A DNA stretch of 64,000 nucleotides, taken from the NCBI GenBank assembly GCA_040389905.1, contig JAZJZK010000007.1:223492-287491 (forward strand), given 5' to 3'. Position 1 is the first letter of the stretch. Each line of letters starts with the position of its first letter. Positions 58,629 to 64,000 of this stretch are shown here, in pieces. The notes under the pieces were generated by a model. The model saw only the letters and a program-made list of their open reading frames with translations, made no database searches and had not been told where the DNA came from. Source of the DNA: Gemmatimonadota bacterium. Its GTDB lineage: Bacteria; Gemmatimonadota; Gemmatimonadetes; Gemmatimonadales; Gemmatimonadaceae. The position numbers and the translations under genes were made by a program.

Positions 58629-60092
58629 CTAGCGGAGGGGATGGCCGACCGCGTTCTCGAGCGCGGCAAAGGCCTTATGGTAGTCGTACACGGCGTTGAC
58701 GCGATCGATCAGCGCCTGCTCGTAGCTGCCACGGGAGGTGACGACATCGAGGAAGGTGGATGCGCCGACCTTGTACCGCTCTTCGGCGTACGCCAATTCT
58801 TCCTTTGCCTTCGCCGCGTTCTGCTCCTGCAGCTTGACCGTCTGCACGGCGGTCGTGAGCGTGCGGTAGGCCTGCGTCACATCGGCGGTCAGCGCCAAAT
58901 CCTTTGCCTTCACGTTGTACTGCGCGTCCTCGCGGCTCACCTGCGCCTGCTGCACTCGCTCCTCGCGGGAGAAGTTGTCGAACAGGGGAAGGGAAAGCTG
59001 CGCGCTCAGCGCCAGTGGTGAGCGCTGGAAGTTGAAGGGGAACTGGCTGTTGCGGTCGCGAATGGCATCGGCCTGCGCGGTCGTGAACTGATATTTCGAC
59101 CCGTTGCAATTCGCGCTCGGCAACCCGACCCGAGTGCGGATCGAGTCCTGTTGAAAGCAATCGATCTGCGCGCCGATAATGCCGGCCTGCGCCTGATTGA
59201 CCAGGTAGTCGCTGTTCGTGTACTGGTATGAGTTGCCGCCCAGGCCCGTGCTCAGTGACAACGTGGGGGTGTACGCCGACTTGGCGACTTCCAGGTTGAG
59301 CCCCGCCGACCGGTCGCGCGCGCGGAGCGCGACGATCGCCGGGTTGCGGCTCCGCGCGTCGTCGAGCAACGAGGCGAGCTGGAAGTTGGGTTCCACAATC
59401 TGGAAATCCGTAACCAGCTTCGCGTTCTCCGGCTGCGGCACGCCCATCTGCTGGTAGAGCCGCAGCTTCTCGATTTCGACGTTGTTGCGCTCACGAAGCA
59501 GCGCCACCTGCGTCTGGCCGAGTGCGACTTCGGCGCGACGGATGTCGAGGGAGGTTCCGGATCCGACTTCCACCTTTGCCTTCGCGAGGTCGAGCTGCGT
59601 CTGGGCCGTGAGGACCAGTGTGTCCTGCAATGCGGCGCGCGCCTGGGCCTGGAGTACGCTCAGGTACTGCTGTGTCACCGTGGCGCGGAGGTTTTCCGCC
59701 GATCCCGCCACATCTGCCTCGACCGCATCCCGATTGGCCACTGCGGCCTTGGGCGTCAGGAACGTGGAGCGATTGACGCGGTAGCTGAGGCCAATGCTGT
59801 AACCCGACTGCAACGTTGCAGAACTGTTACTGAACGACTGGCCGCTGAACACCTGCTGGCCGGCCTGCTGATAGCGGCTGGAGAAAGAAGCATCGGCAGA
59901 GGGCAGCAGGCCGCCGCGCGCGCTGCGAATGGCGGCGTCCGCCGTGCGACGCGCGTTCGCCTGTGAGAGATACACGGGATTGTTACGCCGGGCGAGCGTG
60001 ATCGCGTCGTCCAGAGTGAGCGTGGCCGTGCCGGTCTGAGCCTGAAGTACGGGCGCCGCGGCTACAACGGCAAGCGCGAACAAAATACGCAT
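58629..60092 (-). CDS. TolC-family outer-membrane channel
   Basis: Signal peptide; LTLDDAI.LA..NNP, LSLPLFD, RYKVGASTFLDV. Confidence 0.93.
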   Translation of the reverse strand: MRILFALAVVAAAPVLQAQTGTATLTLDDAITLARRNNPVYLSQANARRTADAAIRSARGGLLPSADASFSSRYQQAGQQVFSGQSFSNSSATLQSGYSIGLSYRVNRSTFLTPKAAVANRDAVEADVAGSAENLRATVTQQYLSVLQAQARAALQDTLVLTAQTQLDLAKAKVEVGSGTSLDIRRAEVALGQTQVALLRERNNVEIEKLRLYQQMGVPQPENAKLVTDFQIVEPNFQLASLLDDARSRNPAIVALRARDRSAGLNLEVAKSAYTPTLSLSTGLGGNSYQYTNSDYLVNQAQAGIIGAQIDCFQQDSIRTRVGLPSANCNGSKYQFTTAQADAIRDRNSQFPFNFQRSPLALSAQLSLPLFDNFSREERVQQAQVSREDAQYNVKAKDLALTADVTQAYRTLTTAVQTVKLQEQNAAKAKEELAYAEERYKVGASTFLDVVTSRGSYEQALIDRVNAVYDYHKAFAALENAVGHPLR

Positions 60093-60218
60093 CGGAGGGA
60101 AGTTCCTGTTGTGATGGTCACCGTCCCGTACGGGGCAGTGGTTGGAGCGGTTTCAGACAAATCTTTGACGACCGAGCGGCACCTTTGGCAATCCTGTTTT
60201 CCGCTTGGGTTGTCGCGT

Positions 60219-60366
60219 TGTTCCGCTTGTTTTGTCGCCCTGAGCGAAGCAAAGGGCCCGCACCTGCTGTTCCGCCTGTTATGTCGCCCTGAACGAAGTG
60301 AAGGGCCCGCACCTGCTGTTCCGCGTGTTTTGTCGCCCTGAGCGAAGCGAAGGGCCCGCACCTGCT
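60219..60366 (+). repeat. Three tandem 49-bp REP-like units
   Basis: Units start at 60219, 60268 and 60317; same family as 36728 and 41673. Confidence 0.92.
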
Positions 60367-60370
60367 TTAG

Positions 60371-61120
60371 TTACGCAGTGTCGTCCGGTCCAGGCGCAAC
60401 GAAGACTCGGGCACGGACCTTTTCGCGGATATGGGCGTAGATCGCTGCACCCTTGGCCGCCGTCGCAAGGGTCGGCCGCCCGATCGAGCCTGAGCTCCCC
60501 TGCGGGATCTTCAGCCACCCTCGGCGGTATCGCCGCAGCTCTTCGCGCGACATCATATAGTCCTCCGCCAGATCCATCTGCACCAAGTGGGGGGCGAGAA
60601 AGAGCATGAGTGAAGTATCCACCTCGTCGCCGTGCATCGGCTCGGTCTGCCCCTCGAGGAACGCACGGGTATTGACCGCGAAAATGTCCACGACGCGCAC
60701 CCGCGCTTTCGTGGTAATGACGGTCGAAAGGGCTTCCTGGTGCGGATCGTGTTCGTGTGCGGTGAGTAGAATGAATTCCCTGACCCCGGTGGACTCCCAT
60801 GTATCGAGCAAATCGTTGAGCATGCGGTGCAACGTCTTCTTGCGCACTGACGCATTGCCGGCGAAGCCGCGCTCCGTGTCCACGTTGACGCCGTACTCGA
60901 TCGTCGGGGCGCGAAGCACGCCGAACTCCGCCGAGAGGTCGTCGGCCAGGTGTTCGACAATGAGGGTGTCCGCACCGAGGGGCAGATGCCGCCCGTGCTG
61001 TTCGCACGTGCCGACGGGAACGATCAGGCGGGTGTCGCGCTCGAGCGTGGCGCGAATTTCGTCGGGGCGCATTTCCTTGATGCGACGCGGCGTTGTCGTT
61101 TCGGGCGTGGAGTAGGTCAT
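60371..61120 (-). CDS. Creatininase/MftE-family amidohydrolase
   Basis: PVGTCEQHG.HLPLGADT, HGDEVDTS.ML...P.LV, G.IG.P..ATA.KG. Confidence 0.88.
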   Translation of the reverse strand: MTYSTPETTTPRRIKEMRPDEIRATLERDTRLIVPVGTCEQHGRHLPLGADTLIVEHLADDLSAEFGVLRAPTIEYGVNVDTERGFAGNASVRKKTLHRMLNDLLDTWESTGVREFILLTAHEHDPHQEALSTVITTKARVRVVDIFAVNTRAFLEGQTEPMHGDEVDTSLMLFLAPHLVQMDLAEDYMMSREELRRYRRGWLKIPQGSSGSIGRPTLATAAKGAAIYAHIREKVRARVFVAPGPDDTA

Positions 61121-61121
61121 T

Positions 61122-64000
61122 CTGAACGACGCAGCAAGTCAGATCCCGAAGACGGCCGACCGGCGTCCGCTGATTGCTCCGGCGGCGGTCGCCGTTGCGA
61201 TCCTGGCCTGTAGCAAGTGGCTAGCGGAGCCTCGCGTAGGTTATCTAGCGGTCTGCATCCTCGCCACCGTTGCAGCCGCGTACGCTGTGCGGAAATGGGC
61301 CGTCGTGGCCGGCAGGCTGCCCATTGTCATCGCGCTGTTCGCGCTCATCTACGCGTCGGCCGTTGGCGGGCGCGCGCAGCTTCGCCTGGTGCGCTTTTCC
61401 AGTGCACCGGAGCGGGTCGGAAGCGAAGAGGCAGCGGCGCAGCGAAAACGCCTGCAGTCCCGAATGGACGATGAGCTCGCAAGCCTGCGCACTGCGGCGT
61501 TAGCGGGCCGGAGTCTCCCACCCGATTCCCGCCGAGCTGTTGCCGTGCTCGAACGGGTGCTCGACGATATCGAGCATCGCGCCGTACTCGTGCGTCGAGG
61601 AGACTCACTGGTGGCATGGGCAGGCACGCTGCACGCCGACCCGGCGACCCTCACCTCGGTCAGCGGCGTCGTCCTTTCCCCCTTTGGGCTGACGGTCTAC
61701 GTGACGGACGACAGCGCGTCGGTCCACACCGTTGCTGCCTCGCTGCTCTACGCGCTGTCCCCTGCCGACCGCCTCACACGAGGAGTGTCGCAACGGCTGG
61801 CGAGCGACGAGGTGACGGAAGGATTCGATTTCGCGCCGCCCTCTGATTCCGCGGGCCCCAACGACCTGCGCTATGTCGATCAGGGTCGAGCGCTGTTCAT
61901 TGCGCGCCCGTTGATTCCCTCCGTCGGGGAGGTGCGCCTGCGGATGCTGGAACGTTCACGGGTGCGCGTGGGCATCGCGCTCCTGGTTGCGATGTTTGCG
62001 TTCCTGATCGGCGTGGCGCGGCGCGGTGGAAGTCCGCTGGCCGTCGTCGCGGGTGCCGGCGTAATGCTCGCCTGTCTCGCGGTGATTCCGCTGAACGAGT
62101 TTTCGACGCGCTCGCGACTGTTCGACCCGTCCGTCTACTACTACGGAGGCGGACGCGCCTACTCGGCGAATGCTGCGGCGCTCGGACTCACGTCCGCCAC
62201 GATCCTGCTGCTCGTCCTCATCGGGGTTCGTCGGTCGGGCTGGAAGCTGCCGCGCTCCGCCGCGGCCGCAATCGCAGTCGTGACGGTCGCCGTCGGACCC
62301 TTTGCGGTGCGTGCGCTCTCGAGAGGCATTCGGACTCCCCTGGAAGGCGCGGGTGGGGCATTGTGGCTGGTCTGGGAGGTGCCGCTCTGTCTCGTCGCAA
62401 CGGCCCTTCTCGTCCTTGCGCATTGGGCGGGCCGCCGCGCGATCGGCGACCGGCGCGGACTCCCGATTGGAACGGGGCCGGCGATCGCGCTCGTCGCCGC
62501 CGTCATGGCTCCGCTGCTCTGGGAAGCGCCAGGGCAATGGCCGCAGTGGTACGCGTTGGCATGGCCACTCGCGATTGGAGCCGTCGTGCTCTCGCGGTCG
62601 TCGCACCGTGCGTTGCTCGCCTGCGCGTCCGTCGCCGCGCTCGGTGCCACGACCGTCGTGTGGGGCAGCGCATCGCGCGGCCGAGTGGAGCTGGCAGAGC
62701 GCGACGTTCGCGGGCTGTCGCTCCCGGACGAATACGCGAACCTCCTCGCGGACCGATTGGCCTCTCGGCTACAGGGGCGCGACCTTCCGCTGACGTCGCA
62801 GGAGTTGCTCGAGAAGTACGTCACCTCCGATCTCGCGTCCGCCGGATACCCCGTCGCGTTGTGGTCGTGGCGGGAGGGTGCTCGCGTTGCCACGTTCCGC
62901 TCCGCGCCCCTCACGATCGCGGCCGACACCGTGGAAGGCGCCGCGCTGTTGGCGAAGCAGTTCAATCGGATCGTCACCACAAGCACCCGTGCCGCAGTCT
63001 ACGGCGTCCATGTCGTCGCGGTTCCGATGCAGGGTGGGGTCTTGACCATCATGGTCGGCCCCCGAACGCGCCTCATCGGCACAGACCCATATGCGCGGTG
63101 GTACGGATTGGCGGCGTCGGAGCTCAACGAGCCGCCGTATTCGCTGCAACTCGTTAATGATCCGCTCGCACAGCGCGACGACATTCGTTGGCGCCGTGAA
63201 GACACCGAGCTGCACGGAGACTGGGCGGTGCTGGCGCCTTCGGGGCCGGCGCGCGCGCACATCTTGGTGGATCTTCGCGGACTCGACACGCTCATTCCGC
63301 GTGGTGGTTTGCTGGTCCTCGTGGATTTGCTCGCGATCTCACTCGTCTGGTTCCTCGGCGCAACGGCGGACGGCCGAGTCGGCCGATGGCTACGCATGCG
63401 CCGCCGCCAGATTCGCAGCTATCGCGCACGCGTGTCCGTCGCGCTCTTCCTGTTCTTCCTCGGCCCGGCGTCCGTGTTTGCGGTGTGGTCGTGGAAGCAG
63501 CTCTCCTACGATGCGGAGGCGTCACGACGGCGGTTGGTGACGGAAACGATGCGCGCGTTCGCCGGTGATCCGCTGGATCCCGCCGTTCTCACGAGCGAAG
63601 CCCGCCGGCTGGACACGAAGTTTCTCGTGTACCGGCGAGGTGTGCTCGCTGGTGCCAGCGACTCGTTGTTTGCTGACTTCGCGCCGATGGGGCAGCTGCT
63701 GCGCCCGGATGTCTTCGTCAAATTGAACGTCGCGGACGAGCCGAGTGCAACGAAGCCGGAAAATCTGGACGGTGCGCGGGGAATGCTGGGCTATCGCGTC
63801 TGGCCCAATACTGGACGTTCCCTGGTGCTCGCGGCGCCGGCGCGCGTCGGTGATCTGCTCCTCGACCGTCGGCGTCGCGATCTCGGTGTGCTGGTCCTCT
63901 TCGCCACCGCCGTTGGTGCCGCGGCGGCGCTCTGGCTCAGTGCCATGGCAGCCAATCAGCTCGCGCGTCCCATCAGCGCGCTGCGCGAAGCGGCGCGTGC
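61122..64000 (+). CDS. Large multi-TM sensor protein, probably an NtrY-like HAMP histidine kinase (3' truncated by window)
   Basis: Frame opens after TAG 61113 and reads as protein in the stretches I translated (many TM helices, LFDPSVYY), ending in a TM plus LARPISALREAAR (HAMP start). Absent from the ORF track, presumably because there is no stop codon. Start codon uncertain; the kinase core lies outside the window. Confidence 0.75.
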   Translation, partial: MNDAASQIPKTADRRPLIAPAAVAVAILACSKWLAEPRVGYLAVCILATVAAAYAVRKWAVVAGRLPIVIALFALIYASAVGGRAQLRLVRFSSAPERVGSEEAAAQRKRLQSRMDDELASLRTAALAGRSLPPDSRRAVAVLERVLDDIEHRAVLVRRGDSLVAWAGTLHADPATLTSVSGVVLSPFGLTVYVTDDSASVHTVAASLLYALSPADRLTRGVSQRLASDEVTEGFDFAPPSDSAGPNDLRYVDQGRALFIARPLIPSVGEVRLRMLERSRVRVGIALLVAMFAFLIGVARRGGSPLAVVAGAGVMLACLAVIPLNEFSTRSRLFDPSVYYYGGGRAYSANAAALGLTSATILLLVLIGVRRSGWKLPRSAAAAIAVVTVAVGPFAVRALSRGIRTPLEGAGGALWLVWEVPLCLVATALLVLAHWAGRRAIGDRRGLPIGTGPAIALVAAVMAPLLWEAPGQWPQWYALAWPLAIGAVVLSRSSHRALLACASVAALGATTVVWGSASRGRVELAERDVRGLSLPDEYANLLADRLASRLQGRDLPLTSQELLEKYVTSDLASAGYPVALWSWREGARVATFRSAPLTIAADTVEGAALLAKQFNRIVTTSTRAAVYGVHVVAVPMQGGVLTIMVGPRTRLIGTDPYARWYGLAASELNEPPYSLQLVNDPLAQRDDIRWRREDTELHGDWAVLAPSGPARAHILVDLRGLDTLIPRGGLLVLVDLLAISLVWFLGATADGRVGRWLRMRRRQIRSYRARVSVALFLFFLGPASVFAVWSWKQLSYDAEASRRRLVTETMRAFAGDPLDPAVLTSEARRLDTKFLVYRRGVLAGASDSLFADFAPMGQLLRPDVFVKLNVADEPSATKPENLDGARGMLGYRVWPNTGRSLVLAAPARVGDLLLDRRRRDLGVLVLFATAVGAAAALWLSAMAANQLARPISALREAAR

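Noticed and set aside
60219..60366. Possible mini-CRISPR (three palindromic repeats)
   Set aside because: The units are contiguous 49-mers with no unique spacers, the same unit is dispersed singly elsewhere, and there are no cas genes.

Overview
High-GC bacterial chromosomal window whose gene content and short lineage-type proteins suggest Gemmatimonadota (inference, not proven). It is mostly core or accessory chromosome; I found no prophage, transposase, CRISPR, tRNA or rRNA. In order: (i) a coupled trio of a DUF4956 membrane protein, a secreted CotH-like kinase-fold protein and a CYTH-PPK1 fusion (best candidate for an undescribed system, a possible polyphosphate synthesis/export module); (ii) marR-catE-like pair, SET protein, DEAD-box helicase, FKBP; (iii) an envelope/peptidase cluster with three YkuD L,D-transpeptidases, an M28-M49 fusion, an M1 aminopeptidase and an OMP; (iv) tal-pyk-MBL-pgi-fba running into a ChpT-like pseudo-kinase, a sigma54 activator, YtxH and YihY, followed by a sigma54-promoter lipoprotein; (v) ltaE, an SRP RNA with an atypical apical loop, dnaX-ybaB-recR-mglB-mglA-pgsA-cinA-grpE-dnaJ; (vi) mnmA-iscS and kynA-bshB1; (vii) a TolC-MFP-ATPase exporter followed by three tandem pairs of MacB-type permeases; (viii) a creatininase-family gene and a truncated membrane HAMP sensor missing from the ORF track. 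Intergenic spaces hold several distinct palindromic repeat families (REP-like, MITE-like, inverted 7/9/12-mer arms and a GTAC-rich element with a 388-bp tandem duplication). All family calls come from motif recognition by eye, with no database searches.
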